Below are positions 35,122-45,925 of a stretch of DNA of 64,000 bases, in pieces. The stretch comes from an uncultured virus (IMG/VR IMGVR_UViG_3300028394_000058) (lineage: Duplodnaviria; Heunggongvirae; Uroviricota; Caudoviricetes). A program made the position numbers and the translations under genes. Under the pieces are notes generated by a model. It searched no databases, was not told the origin of the DNA, and was given only the letters and a program-made list of their open reading frames with translations. The stretch's first letter is position 1; each line of letters begins with the position of its first letter. The DNA is taken from IMG/VR virus record IMGVR_UViG_3300028394_000058. One strand, given 5' to 3'.

Positions 35122-35614
35122 ATTGGGTGAACATAAGCCTACACAAGATGACAACCTTATCTACTACTCAAAAGAGTATGTAGATAAGGAGTCACTAGAG
35201 ACTAAGGTAGGTTTGCGTATTGTAGATGACAAATCGGTAGCGGGGGCTACTTTAGGCTTGCGAAGGTTAAGTATAGTAGGAGCAAAATTATTTCCTATTC
35301 GTCAAGCCGTCTACTTCTTAGGCGATTTAATAAAAATAGCCAAACAAACTACTTGGTTTATTGATAACACCGGAAAAATATTCCAGTACAGAAAAACTAG
35401 CCGCGCCAAGCTAACCGCGCACAAAATTAAAAAAGTTTTGCCGCTTGATGGTATGGGTGCTATTGTAGAAGTAGACGGTCTACCTCAGCGATTTAAGTGT
35501 ATGTATGCTCCTAAACCAGAGCAGTACTATGCAGGCATACTTCGTTGGGGTTTAAGCTATATATTATACGGATTTTATAATGACGCATTTAAAACAACAC
35601 ATAGGTTAGTATAA
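35087..35614 (+). CDS. hypothetical protein in the T5-syntenic position
   Basis: start moved to MNLLEINWPVF; lies between pol and D10. Confidence 0.65.
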   Translation: MNLLEINWPVFRLGEHKPTQDDNLIYYSKEYVDKESLETKVGLRIVDDKSVAGATLGLRRLSIVGAKLFPIRQAVYFLGDLIKIAKQTTWFIDNTGKIFQYRKTSRAKLTAHKIKKVLPLDGMGAIVEVDGLPQRFKCMYAPKPEQYYAGILRWGLSYILYGFYNDAFKTTHRLV

Positions 35615-36909
35615 TGCCAAAAGCAATTATATCTAACAGAATTTATCTGGATAATCCAGGTGTAGAAGAATCTAAACAGCTTATAAAAACGCTTACTTAT
35701 AAAATCCACAAAGATACTGGTAGTAAACAGTTTAGTACTGTAGAAACTATTCGTAACTATAAATTATTGCCAAAGGGCATTTTAAGCATACCACAAGGTA
35801 GACTAGATTTAATTCCTAAACACTATGAAATAGTGGATAAACGTACTGTGATACCAGTACCATTTCCAACTCCAAAATTTCCTTTACGCGATACGCAGCA
35901 GGTTATTTATGAAGAAGTTACAGATACTTGTTTTATCAATGCTCTTGTGGGCTGGGGCAAGACTTTTACAGCCCTACATTTGGCTAGAAAATTTGGACAG
36001 AAAACGTTGGTGGTTACGCACACCACAGCATTACGAGATCAGTGGATTGAAGAAATAGAAACACTATTTGCTATGTCAGTAGGTGTTATTGGCGGCGGCA
36101 AGCTAGACTGGGAAGATCATGCTATTACAGTGGCTAATGTTCAAACCTTAGTAAAACATAGTGCAAAATTAGCAAAAGAATTTGGTACTATTATTCTAGA
36201 CGAAGCACATCATTGCCCTGCTAGTACATTTTCACAATTAATAGACGATTTTCATGCCCGTTATAGAATAGCACTTAGTGGTACTATGAACAGAAAAGAC
36301 GGAAAACATATAATGTTTCCAGACTTTTTTGGTCATAAAGTATATAAACCACCACAATCACATACACTAAATCCAGAAGTTAAACTAATACGTACTGGTA
36401 TTACTCTTAAACCTGATGCTACATGGGTAGAAAAAATCAATCAACTTACCGAGGATCACGACTATCAAGCATTTATTTCCGGTTTAGCAAAAATTCAAGT
36501 AGCCTTAGGGCATCAAGTTTTAGTTATTGCAGATAGAGTTGGATTTTTACAAAAGGTAAAAGAATATGTCGGAGAAACCTGTGTGTTGGTTACTGGCGAA
36601 ACCAATTTTGAACAACGGCAACAGATCAAACAACAACTACTCTCAAAAGAAAAAATGTGCATTGCTGGTAGCCGCCAAATCTTTAGCGAAGGCATCTCAA
36701 TAAATTCACTTAGTTGTGTTATCTTAGCAGTACCTATTGCAAACGATAGTTTACTAGAACAAATTGTAGGCAGAATTCAACGTCAACATGAGGATAAATT
36801 AACTCCAGTAGTCTTAGATATGCAATTTGCAGGCTACATGGATAAGAAGCAAAATAGGGATAGATTGGGATTCTATATGCGTAAAGGCTGGCAGATTGAA
36901 CTGGTATAA
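35614..36909 (+). CDS. D10: SF2 helicase (T5 D10)
   Basis: GWGKT, DEAHH, LSGT, QIVGRIQR. Confidence 0.9.
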   Translation: MPKAIISNRIYLDNPGVEESKQLIKTLTYKIHKDTGSKQFSTVETIRNYKLLPKGILSIPQGRLDLIPKHYEIVDKRTVIPVPFPTPKFPLRDTQQVIYEEVTDTCFINALVGWGKTFTALHLARKFGQKTLVVTHTTALRDQWIEEIETLFAMSVGVIGGGKLDWEDHAITVANVQTLVKHSAKLAKEFGTIILDEAHHCPASTFSQLIDDFHARYRIALSGTMNRKDGKHIMFPDFFGHKVYKPPQSHTLNPEVKLIRTGITLKPDATWVEKINQLTEDHDYQAFISGLAKIQVALGHQVLVIADRVGFLQKVKEYVGETCVLVTGETNFEQRQQIKQQLLSKEKMCIAGSRQIFSEGISINSLSCVILAVPIANDSLLEQIVGRIQRQHEDKLTPVVLDMQFAGYMDKKQNRDRLGFYMRKGWQIELV

Positions 36910-36966
36910 AAATTTACACTTGTAAATCTATATTCACTATGGTATAATATATTCTTAAATCCAAAA

Positions 36967-37353
36967 ATGACTTTATTTTTTAATTTAAAAACATTAGAAC
37001 AAGATACAAAAGGTAACTCTGAATATTTAGTAGAAGCCTTGTATAAGTTTTATCGCGGTATTACTATACCAAAAAATGTTCATGAAAAATACAAGCCATT
37101 ACCAAGATTAAAAGCAGGAAGTAGCTTTTTACTACAACCTGAATTATTTTTTAAACACACGGGCACAGATTCAGTTTATAAAGCACAGTATATTAGATTA
37201 GCCGGACTTAGAAATTATGGATTATATAAGACTTACGGTATTAAATCACTAGACTTAACATTATATCCTGATATTAGCATTAATAATATAAAATCAAACC
37301 CGCTTTTAATAATTGCAAACAAACAAATTAAATTTATACACGAGGAAATTTAA
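36967..37353 (+). CDS. hypothetical protein in the T5-syntenic position
   Basis: GSSFLL.P...QYIRLAGLRNY; promoter at 36920-36948. Confidence 0.65.
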   Translation: MTLFFNLKTLEQDTKGNSEYLVEALYKFYRGITIPKNVHEKYKPLPRLKAGSSFLLQPELFFKHTGTDSVYKAQYIRLAGLRNYGLYKTYGIKSLDLTLYPDISINNIKSNPLLIIANKQIKFIHEEI

Positions 37354-37355
37354 AA

Positions 37356-37991
37356 ATGGCACTTAGCTTTAAACAAACCAAAGGTCGCGCACAAAAGTCG
37401 TCGGTTGAAAGTTACGAATACAAAGACGGTGAAAATGTTGTACGATTGATTGGTGGTGTTTTGCCACGATATGTATACTGGGTTCGCGGTACTAACAACA
37501 AAGACATTCCTGTGGAGTGCTTGGCATTTAGCCGTGACAAAGAGAAATTTGATAATCTAGAAAAAGATTGGGTTCCAGAATTTCATGCTGATTTAAAGTG
37601 CAGCTGGAGCTATGCAGTTAATTGCATTGACCCTAAAGATGGAAAAGTCAAGGTTCTTAATCTTAAAAAGAAACTTTTTGAACAAATCATTACTGCCGCA
37701 GAAGATTTGGGTGATCCCACCGATCCTGAAACAGGCTGGGATGTAGTATTTAAACGAGTAAAGACTGGGCCACTTACTTATAACGTGGAATATACCCTGC
37801 AAGTTTTGCGTTGCAAATCTCGCAAGCTAAATGCTCAAGAACTAGATCTGGCCGCAAAAGCACTGCCTATTGATGAAAAATATCCTCGTGCAAATCCTGA
37901 TGAAATTAAAGCACTACTGGAAAAACTTCGGGCTGGTGTAGAAGAAGAACATTCTCAAAGCGAACAAGAAGCCGTAAAAGAGCTAGGTTAA
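37356..37991 (+). CDS. D11: T5 D11-like (putative ssDNA-binding) protein
   Basis: G.NVVRLIGGVLPRYVYW, LKKKLFEQI, DPTD..TGWD, KTGP. Confidence 0.8.
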   Translation: MALSFKQTKGRAQKSSVESYEYKDGENVVRLIGGVLPRYVYWVRGTNNKDIPVECLAFSRDKEKFDNLEKDWVPEFHADLKCSWSYAVNCIDPKDGKVKVLNLKKKLFEQIITAAEDLGDPTDPETGWDVVFKRVKTGPLTYNVEYTLQVLRCKSRKLNAQELDLAAKALPIDEKYPRANPDEIKALLEKLRAGVEEEHSQSEQEAVKELG

Positions 37992-37997
37992 ACAACA

Positions 37998-38032
37998 AGC
38001 CCGCTAAGGTGTCTGCTTTAGCGGGCTATTTT
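37998..38032 (+). terminator. intrinsic terminator
   Basis: AGCCCGCTAA...TTAGCGGGCT-ATTTT. Confidence 0.7.
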
Positions 38033-38044
38033 GTCTGGTACAAA

Positions 38045-38998
38045 ATGAATATATTATTTACAGCAGATATACACATAAAACTGGGTCAAAAAAATGTTCC
38101 AGTTGAATGGGCTAAAAATAGATTTAATCTATTTATTGAACAGTTTAAAAAAATGCAGCAACATGCTGACCTAGTAGTTTTAGGCGGCGACATATTTGAC
38201 AGACTTCCAACTATGGATGAAGTCGAGTTATACTTTGATTTAATTGCTAATATTGATGTAGAGTGCATAGTCTATCCTGGCAACCATGAAATGCTTAAAA
38301 AAGATACTACATTCTTAAGCTATTTAAAACGTGCCACTACTAGAATTAATCCACTAGTAACTATTGTAGATGATTTTTATACCAGACACGGTATTGATTT
38401 TGTGCCCTACAATAAGCTAAAAGAACTGGAAACTACAAAGTATACTTTTGCAGAAAAGATTTTGTGTACTCATGTGCGTGGCGAAATTCCACCACACGTT
38501 AAACCAGAAGTTGACCTAGCACTATTTGATCGTTGGCAAAAGGTACTAGCAGGTGATTTACACAGTTATGAAAACTCACAAAGAAATATTATATATCCAG
38601 GCAGCCCTTATACTACTAGCTTTCATCGTAGCAGGGTTGATACGGGCGCTGTTTTATTAGAAACAAAAAATTTAACACACGTTTGGATGCCATTTCAACT
38701 TCCGCAGCTTATTAAGCAAACTATAGGTGTGCACGACCCTAAACCGCAGACAGCATTTCATCATACAATTTATGAAATTGAAGGTGATTTGCACGAATTG
38801 GGTCAGCTTGAGGACAGCGATTTAATCGACAAAAAGGTAGTTAAACGAGCACAAGAAACTCAGCTAATCCTAGATCCTGAGCTTAGTCTAGGTGAAGAAG
38901 TCCGTGAATACTTAACTTATATCCTACAGCTTAATGAAGACGCAGTTAGCGAAACTCTAAAAGAATTCTACAACTACTCGGACAAGCTAGAACTATGA
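38045..38998 (+). CDS. D12: SbcD/Mre11-like nuclease (T5 D12)
   Basis: ADIH, GGDIFD, PGNHE, GDLH, YPGSP. Confidence 0.9.
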   Translation: MNILFTADIHIKLGQKNVPVEWAKNRFNLFIEQFKKMQQHADLVVLGGDIFDRLPTMDEVELYFDLIANIDVECIVYPGNHEMLKKDTTFLSYLKRATTRINPLVTIVDDFYTRHGIDFVPYNKLKELETTKYTFAEKILCTHVRGEIPPHVKPEVDLALFDRWQKVLAGDLHSYENSQRNIIYPGSPYTTSFHRSRVDTGAVLLETKNLTHVWMPFQLPQLIKQTIGVHDPKPQTAFHHTIYEIEGDLHELGQLEDSDLIDKKVVKRAQETQLILDPELSLGEEVREYLTYILQLNEDAVSETLKEFYNYSDKLEL

Positions 38999-40791
38999 TA
39001 ACACTAAAAGAACTACGTTGGTCTAATGCTTTTAGTTATGGTGCTGATAACCGTGTTGATTTTACGCAAAGTCCACTTACCCAACTTGTGGGTAAAAATG
39101 GTCATGGTAAAAGCAGCGTTGCACTTATCCTAGAAGAAGTATTATTCAACAAAAATAGCAAGGGTATTAAAAAAGGTGATATCCTAAACCGTTATATCAA
39201 AGACAAACACTATCAAATTGAGCTAGTATTTGACAAAGATGGGTGCGAGTATAAGATTGAAACAAAACGTGGCGCTCAACAACAAGTAAAATTGTATAAG
39301 GGTTTGGAGGATATTAGTGGGCACACAGCTACTACTACCTATAAACTTGTAGAACAGCTAATTGGCATTGATCACAAAACTTTTTCACAGATTGTTTATC
39401 AAAGTCATGCAGGTAGTTTAGAGTTTTTAACTAGTGCTGATACAGCTAGAAAAAAGTTCTTAATTGAACTGTTAAATTTAGGCAAGTATACTCAAGCTGG
39501 AGAAGTATTTAAACAAGCAGCAGCGGAAGTAGGTAAAGACCTTACACAAGCACAAGCTAAATTGGATACAATTCAACAATGGATTGCTAAATATAGTAAA
39601 ACAAGTTTTAAACCACAAGGTTATGTTCCAGTTTCTACGTTAGATGACAATCTGGTAGCAGAAGCTAGTAGATTAGCAACTACAATTCAAGACATTGAAA
39701 AAACCAATAAAAAAATTACTCAAAATAATACTTATAAGCAATTAAAAGATAAAATCAACTTACTGCCTTTGCCTGATAAGCCAGAAGGTGATATAAGTGT
39801 CTCAATAACTAAAAAAGCTGAATACGATAAAACCATTCAGGATGCAACTCTTTTCAAGCGAAAAATGGAGTCTTTGCACGGTAATTGTCCTACTTGTTTA
39901 CAAACTATTGACGACACAAAAACTAAAAACTTAATCACAGAGCAAGATGCAATTGTTTTAGTTGCCAAAGCACAGGGTGAACAAGAAACTAAACGTATTA
40001 AAGAATACAACGATCAACTTAGCAGCTGGAATACTGCTAAACGCAATCAAGAAGAGTGGGAAAAGTATCATCAATTAATTGACACGGAACTGCCCGATAG
40101 TCTATTGGATGAAGCAATATTACAAAAACAATTAAAAGGTTTGCAACAGCAAATAGAAAGTATTAAACAAGATATTGTTAGAGCAGAAAAACTTAATCAA
40201 GAAGTAACCGTACATAATAATCGACTAGAACTGATTAAATCACAAATAGTTGAAATGGAAGTAGAACTTGATCAATGGGCTGCAACAGCAAAGCAATTAA
40301 CCGCAAAACTAAATACCATTAATACTTTAGTGAAAACTTTTAGTACAACTGGATTAGTTGCGTATAAAATTGAAAATCTTGTTAAAGACCTAGAACACAT
40401 TAGTAATGAATATCTAGGTGAGCTTAGTGGTGGCAGATTTCAAATTAGTTTTCAAATCAGTGGTAGTGATAAACTAAATGTTATTATTACTGATAATGGA
40501 ATAGACATTGATATACTTGCACTTAGCGGAGGTGAGCGAGCTAGAGTTAATGTGGCAACACTATTAGCAATTCGTAAACTAATGCAAAGTTTAAGTCAAA
40601 GTAGGATAAATCTACTGGTTTTGGATGAAACTATAGAAGCCTTAGATGTGGATGGTAAGGAGAAATTAATTGAAGTCTTACTTAAAGAAGAATCTCTCAA
40701 TACTATCCTTGTTAGTCACGGATTCAGCCACCCTTTATTGGAAAAGGTACACGTTGTTAAACGAAACAACATTTCTAAAATCGAGGGATAA
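38995..40791 (+). CDS. D13: SbcC/Rad50-like ATPase (T5 D13)
   Basis: GKNGHGKS, CPTC zinc hook, LSGGE, LDE. Confidence 0.92.
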   Translation: MITLKELRWSNAFSYGADNRVDFTQSPLTQLVGKNGHGKSSVALILEEVLFNKNSKGIKKGDILNRYIKDKHYQIELVFDKDGCEYKIETKRGAQQQVKLYKGLEDISGHTATTTYKLVEQLIGIDHKTFSQIVYQSHAGSLEFLTSADTARKKFLIELLNLGKYTQAGEVFKQAAAEVGKDLTQAQAKLDTIQQWIAKYSKTSFKPQGYVPVSTLDDNLVAEASRLATTIQDIEKTNKKITQNNTYKQLKDKINLLPLPDKPEGDISVSITKKAEYDKTIQDATLFKRKMESLHGNCPTCLQTIDDTKTKNLITEQDAIVLVAKAQGEQETKRIKEYNDQLSSWNTAKRNQEEWEKYHQLIDTELPDSLLDEAILQKQLKGLQQQIESIKQDIVRAEKLNQEVTVHNNRLELIKSQIVEMEVELDQWAATAKQLTAKLNTINTLVKTFSTTGLVAYKIENLVKDLEHISNEYLGELSGGRFQISFQISGSDKLNVIITDNGIDIDILALSGGERARVNVATLLAIRKLMQSLSQSRINLLVLDETIEALDVDGKEKLIEVLLKEESLNTILVSHGFSHPLLEKVHVVKRNNISKIEG

Positions 40792-40795
40792 TAAT

Positions 40796-41059
40796 ATGTA
40801 TAAAATTGAACACGTAGTCAATGCTAAAGCTACTGCTGTTGTTAACGGCAGGGAAACTGAGCTTTTTGTTGGTGACGAAATTACTCAAGAACAACTTGCC
40901 ACACTAAAAGTCTATGGTGATAAGTTGATCTATAGAATTGATCAAAACTGTACTGGAGAAGTTTGTGGAATTGATATTGAAGCACATCTACCGCAGCCTT
41001 CAACAGCTGGAGTTACTATACCTGCTGTAAAACCTGTAGAGCCGCCAGTTACAGAGTAA
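40796..41059 (+). CDS. hypothetical protein
   Basis: start moved to MYKIEH. Confidence 0.55.
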   Translation: MYKIEHVVNAKATAVVNGRETELFVGDEITQEQLATLKVYGDKLIYRIDQNCTGEVCGIDIEAHLPQPSTAGVTIPAVKPVEPPVTE

Positions 41060-41517
41060 TGGTAGACTCTAGGGCTAAAGGCGCTAGAACTGAATTAGTA
41101 ATCAGGGATCTTCTTCGTAAATACACTCGTTTAGGGTGGGAGAGGGTTCCTGGTTCAGGTGCATTAGATGAAAAACATGGATTAAAGGGCGATCTTTATA
41201 TTCCCAACTGCAATAATATATTTTGTGTTGAGGCTAAAGGATATGCAGACGATCATTTGACTAGCGCGGTATTAACATCTAAATCACCACAATTACTAGA
41301 ATTTTGGCAACAAACTTTACGTCAAGGAAAACAAGTAAATAAACTACCATTACTAATGTTTAAACATGATCGTAGTAAAATATTTGTAGCATTTAGTAGT
41401 GATTACTGCATACCAGAAAGTTACCCTCATTTCTATATATCCAGAGATCCTTATAGTTTTTATGTTTCACTGCTTGAAGATTGGTTAACACATGAGCGAC
41501 CAGAATTTGTTACTTGA
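41059..41517 (+). CDS. D14: Holliday junction resolvase-like endonuclease (T5 D14)
   Basis: SRAKG...E, RVPGSGA, GDL, VEAK. Confidence 0.85.
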   Translation: MVDSRAKGARTELVIRDLLRKYTRLGWERVPGSGALDEKHGLKGDLYIPNCNNIFCVEAKGYADDHLTSAVLTSKSPQLLEFWQQTLRQGKQVNKLPLLMFKHDRSKIFVAFSSDYCIPESYPHFYISRDPYSFYVSLLEDWLTHERPEFVT

Positions 41518-41547
41518 CTAAACCTTAAAATTTTAGTATAATATTAA

Positions 41548-41844
41548 ATGAAAAATATTTTAATAAAGCCAACTTTAGACTGGATATATCATGATTTCAA
41601 ATCCAATCGTTATCGGTTTATTATTGAGCTGGTTGCTTGGGCTCTTAGTATTGGGTGTGCTATTGTCATGGCTGGAACAGTACCAAACCCTCCACTTATG
41701 GCTCTTTATCCCGCTTGGATTACTGGTTGTGCTATCTATGCCTGGTGTGCTTGGTCTAGGCGTTCATTTGGTATGCTGGCTAACTACCTCTTGCTTGTCT
41801 CCATTGACGCATTTGGCTTTATAAGGTTAATAACTACAGGGTAA
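41548..41844 (+). CDS. small multi-pass membrane protein
   Basis: three hydrophobic segments; promoter at 41514-41542. Confidence 0.6.
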   Translation: MKNILIKPTLDWIYHDFKSNRYRFIIELVAWALSIGCAIVMAGTVPNPPLMALYPAWITGCAIYAWCAWSRRSFGMLANYLLLVSIDAFGFIRLITTG

Positions 41845-41845
41845 C

Positions 41846-42694
41846 ATGAGTAAAACATTTCAACAAGTTAGCGAACAAGAAAATTGCTTAATAATAGTCG
41901 ATGCACTTAACCTAGCTTTTCGCTGGAAACACAGTGGTGCTACAGATTTTGCAGAAGATTATAAACGTACTATAGAAAGCTTAAAGAAAAGTTATAAAGC
42001 CAAATGGGTTGTAATTGCCGCAGATCAGGGTAGTAGTAGCTATCGCAAACAAATTTATCCCGAATACAAACAAAATCGTAAAGATAAATTTGCCGAACAA
42101 ACTGAAGCGGAAAAAGCAGCTTTTGAACTTTTCTTTGAAGATTATCAAGCAAGTCTAGATCACATTCGCGAATCTACAGACTATCCAGTTATTCAATTTA
42201 AACAAACCGAAGCCGATGACATTGCCGCTTACATTACCAGTATTCGTAATTTGCTACCTGCTGTTGATCACATATGGTTGATTAGTAGTGATAAAGATTG
42301 GGATTTACTTATTGATGACAATACTAGTAGATTTAGTTATGTGACACGCAAAGAAGTAACTGCTAATAATTGGCATACACATTACACGTTTCCACACGAA
42401 CACTATATTTCAATAAAATGTTTAATGGGTGACGCGGGCGATAATGTACTAGGCGTAGAAGGCATTGGTCCTAAACGTGCACAACAATTAGTGGCCGAAT
42501 ACGGTAGTGCGTTAGATATAGTAGCAGAACTACCTATTGAAAGTAAACTAAAATATATTAAAACCTTAAATCAAAATGGCGATAGAATATTACTCAACTA
42601 TTACCTTATGGATTTAGTCACTTTTTGCAGAGATGCATTAGGGGATAACACTAAACAAATTGACGAAACTTTAACCAAATATATAAAATCATGA
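41846..42694 (+). CDS. D15: 5'-3' exonuclease / flap endonuclease (T5 D15)
   Basis: IVDALNLAFR, YKQNR, EADD, SSDKD, GD.GDNV.GVEGIG.KRA. Confidence 0.92.
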   Translation: MSKTFQQVSEQENCLIIVDALNLAFRWKHSGATDFAEDYKRTIESLKKSYKAKWVVIAADQGSSSYRKQIYPEYKQNRKDKFAEQTEAEKAAFELFFEDYQASLDHIRESTDYPVIQFKQTEADDIAAYITSIRNLLPAVDHIWLISSDKDWDLLIDDNTSRFSYVTRKEVTANNWHTHYTFPHEHYISIKCLMGDAGDNVLGVEGIGPKRAQQLVAEYGSALDIVAELPIESKLKYIKTLNQNGDRILLNYYLMDLVTFCRDALGDNTKQIDETLTKYIKS

Positions 42695-43173
42695 TACCTG
42701 TTACAAATGGCGGCACACTATACAGTGTTAATACTACAGCTGCATGGGTTTGTCCTCAAATTCAATGTTTAGTTATCGATCCTAAATTTTTACCAAAACG
42801 TCAGCACAAAACCGATGCAGGCGCAGATTTATTTAGTACAATTACTACCAGTATTTATCCTGGTGAACAAACATTGCTAGACTGTGGTGTAGCTGTTAAA
42901 ATTCCTGAAGGTTATGCGGGTTTTGTTTTTAATCGTAGTTCGCAAGGCAAACTGGGTATTACAATTCCACACAGTGTGGGTGTAATTGACAGCGATTATC
43001 GTGGAAATATTAAAGTTATCTTAAAAAACACAGGGTCTGAACCCTATGCAATTGAAGCTGGCGTAACTCGAATTGCACAGCTAGTAATTATGCCCGTTAT
43101 GTTGGCAGAATTCACAGATATTTGGAATGATACACAACGAGGTACTGGCGGATTTGGCAGTACAGGAAAATAA
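42691..43173 (+). CDS. dut: dUTPase
   Basis: AGADL, RSS, GVIDSDYRG, RIAQL, RGTGGFGSTG. Confidence 0.95.
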   Translation: MIPVTNGGTLYSVNTTAAWVCPQIQCLVIDPKFLPKRQHKTDAGADLFSTITTSIYPGEQTLLDCGVAVKIPEGYAGFVFNRSSQGKLGITIPHSVGVIDSDYRGNIKVILKNTGSEPYAIEAGVTRIAQLVIMPVMLAEFTDIWNDTQRGTGGFGSTGK

Positions 43174-43181
43174 GGAATATT

Positions 43182-45146
43182 ATGACCGTTTCAACAAGAG
43201 CACAAGTAATTACACGTCGTACCTACAACAGACCAACTTCAGACGACGGAAAACAATTTGAAACTTGGCAAGAAACAGTTGCTAGAGTAATTGACCACCA
43301 AGCGTGGTTATGGGAACGTGCTCTTGGCCGTGAACTAAATGACACAGAGTATGCAGAACTTTATGACCTAGAACAGTTAATGCTTGATCGTAAAGTTTTA
43401 ATGAGTGGCAGAACCTTATGGTTGGGTGGCACTAATGTGGCAAAAACTCGTGAAGCCAGTCAATTTAATTGCAGTTTTACTAATGTAGAAACTGTGTATG
43501 ATGTAGTTGATGTATTATGGTTGTTGTTGCAGGGTTGTGGCGTAGGCTTTAAACCTATTGTTGGTACATTAAATGGTTTTTCAAAGCCAATTAAAAATAT
43601 TAAGACTGTTCGTAGCACCCGTACTCAAAAAGGCGGATTAGAATATAATACAGAAACTTGGGATGCAGAAACTAAAACTTGGACATTACAAATTGGTGAT
43701 AGTGCAGAAGCTTGGGCTAAATCTATTGGCAAGCTTATGGCTGGTAAATATCCCGCTGATACTTTGGTTTTGGATTTTAGTCAACTACGTCCCGCTGGTG
43801 AAAGGTTAAAAGGTTATGGCTGGATTTCTTCAGGCGATACTGCCATTAGTACTGCATATACTGCTATTGCCAATATTCTCAATGGTCGCGCTGATAGTCT
43901 ACTTACTAGGATGGATATTCTGGACATTGTTAATCATCTGGGTACTATTCTTAGCAGTCGCAGAAGTGCTGAAATCGCTCTTTTTGACTATGGTCAACCC
44001 GAATGGGAAGAATTTGCGGTAGCTAAAAAAGACTGGTGGTTACATAATAACCAGCACCGTACTCAGAGCAATAATAGTTTAGTATTTAAAGAAAAGCCAC
44101 TACGCGAAGATTTGGAAAAAATCTTTCACTTAATGCAGGAAGCTGGTGGTAGTGAGCCAGGATTTATTAATGAAGTAGAAGCACTACGCCGTGCACCTTG
44201 GTTTAAGGGTGCTAATCCTTGTGTAGAAATTTTATTGGGTAATAAGAGTTTTTGTAATCTAACAGAAACTGATTTGGCTAAGTTTAAAGGCGATAATGCT
44301 GGACTTCACGCAGCTATCAGGCTGGCGGCTCGTGCCAATTATCGTCAAACTTGTGTTGATTTGCAAGATGGTATCTTACAAGAAAGTTGGCATTTAAACA
44401 ATTATTTTATGCGTCTTTGCGGAGTAGGACTAACCGGCATTGCAATGCGTCCAGATATGGGTAGTTATGATTACGAATATCTAAAACGCACAGCAACTAG
44501 TGCTGCGGTTGGAATGGCTCAAGAACTTGGACTGCCTAGCCCTAAAAACGTAACTTGCATTAAGCCTAGTGGTACAGTCAGCAAGATTATGGATACGACC
44601 GAGGGTGTTCATAAACCACTTGGTAAATACATTTTTAATAATGTACAGTTTTCCAAGCATGATCCAGTAGTAGAAAAACTACGAGATGCAAACTACAATG
44701 TTATTAATCACCCAGTAGATGATAGTGGTGTACTAGTAACTTTTCCAGTCTGTTGGGATGGTGTAGTATTTGATAAAGTTGATGACAAAGAAGTTAACTT
44801 AGAAAGTGCAGTTGTGCAACTAGATCGTTATAAGTTGTTACAGACTAGTTGGAATCAACAAAACACGTCAGTAACTATTAGTTATGATCCTAGTGAAATT
44901 AGCAATATTATTGATTGGTTAATGGATAACTGGGATTGTTATGTGGGCGTAAGTTTTATTTACCGCACTGATCCCACAAAAACAGCTAAAGATCTAGGTT
45001 ATCTCTACCTGCCGCAAGAAGTTGTAGATGAACGTACTTACAAAGACTATGCAGCTCAACTACGTCCAGTTGTCCTAGACGACGCTAACAGTTTTGATGA
45101 AATTATTGGTGAGGACTGTTCAACAGGCGCTTGCCCAATCAGGTAA
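43182..45146 (+). CDS. nrdJ: class II (B12-dependent) ribonucleotide reductase, monomeric RTPR type
   Basis: SGRTLW, FNC, NPCVEI, KPSGT, C-terminal C..GACP.R; no beta-subunit gene alongside. Confidence 0.88.
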   Translation: MTVSTRAQVITRRTYNRPTSDDGKQFETWQETVARVIDHQAWLWERALGRELNDTEYAELYDLEQLMLDRKVLMSGRTLWLGGTNVAKTREASQFNCSFTNVETVYDVVDVLWLLLQGCGVGFKPIVGTLNGFSKPIKNIKTVRSTRTQKGGLEYNTETWDAETKTWTLQIGDSAEAWAKSIGKLMAGKYPADTLVLDFSQLRPAGERLKGYGWISSGDTAISTAYTAIANILNGRADSLLTRMDILDIVNHLGTILSSRRSAEIALFDYGQPEWEEFAVAKKDWWLHNNQHRTQSNNSLVFKEKPLREDLEKIFHLMQEAGGSEPGFINEVEALRRAPWFKGANPCVEILLGNKSFCNLTETDLAKFKGDNAGLHAAIRLAARANYRQTCVDLQDGILQESWHLNNYFMRLCGVGLTGIAMRPDMGSYDYEYLKRTATSAAVGMAQELGLPSPKNVTCIKPSGTVSKIMDTTEGVHKPLGKYIFNNVQFSKHDPVVEKLRDANYNVINHPVDDSGVLVTFPVCWDGVVFDKVDDKEVNLESAVVQLDRYKLLQTSWNQQNTSVTISYDPSEISNIIDWLMDNWDCYVGVSFIYRTDPTKTAKDLGYLYLPQEVVDERTYKDYAAQLRPVVLDDANSFDEIIGEDCSTGACPIR

Positions 45147-45150
45147 AATT

Positions 45151-45351
45151 ATGTCACAAGAATTTACTTTTACAATTACTAAAGAGGAGGCTAATGTAAT
45201 CTTAGTAGCATTACAAGAGCTTCCAGGAAAGATTTGCAATCCACTTAGTGAAAAGTTGCGAAAACAGGCGCTATCACAATTAGAAGGTAGAGTTATTCAT
45301 CACAGTATTGATGAAGGTATTGCAGTAGAAGAGCGCATGAGCGGCGGATAA
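45151..45351 (+). CDS. hypothetical protein
   Basis: start moved to MSQEFT. Confidence 0.6.
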   Translation: MSQEFTFTITKEEANVILVALQELPGKICNPLSEKLRKQALSQLEGRVIHHSIDEGIAVEERMSGG

Positions 45352-45917
45352 TGCAAAAAACAATCTTATCGCTATTTGATTACAGCGGTAATTGGCCTAA
45401 GTATTATCGCGAAGCTGGATATAATGTATTGCAAGTAGATATTAAGCTAGATATTGATATTTTAAAGCTATCGGCAAGAGATCTACCAAATAGAATACAC
45501 GGTATTTTAGCAGCCCCACCCTGCACAGATTTTGCAGGTAGTGGGGCTCAATATTGGAAACAAAAAGATCAAGATGGCAGAACAGATGCAAGTTTAGCAT
45601 TAATAGACAAAACACTAGCAATAATCAATTATTATGAACCAGAATTTTGGGCAATAGAAAATCCAGTAGGCAGACTACAAAAACTACGACCACAATTAGG
45701 CGATCCTTGGTATTTTCAACCACATTGGTTTGGCGATGCCTATACTAAGAAAACTGGATTATGGGGTAAATTTAATAAAGATTTACCTAGAACTCCAGTA
45801 GAACCAGATCCTAATTCTTGGATTATGAAGTTGGGTGGTAAGTCGGAGCGAACTAAAGAATTACGATCAATGACACCGCTGGGATTTGCAATGGCATTTT
45901 TCCTGGCTAATCCATAG
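45351..45917 (+). CDS. short C5-cytosine DNA methyltransferase-like protein
   Basis: ILSLFD, AAPPCTDF (PC motif), IENPVG. Confidence 0.75.
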   Translation: MQKTILSLFDYSGNWPKYYREAGYNVLQVDIKLDIDILKLSARDLPNRIHGILAAPPCTDFAGSGAQYWKQKDQDGRTDASLALIDKTLAIINYYEPEFWAIENPVGRLQKLRPQLGDPWYFQPHWFGDAYTKKTGLWGKFNKDLPRTPVEPDPNSWIMKLGGKSERTKELRSMTPLGFAMAFFLANP

Positions 45918-45925
45918 GAGTTATT

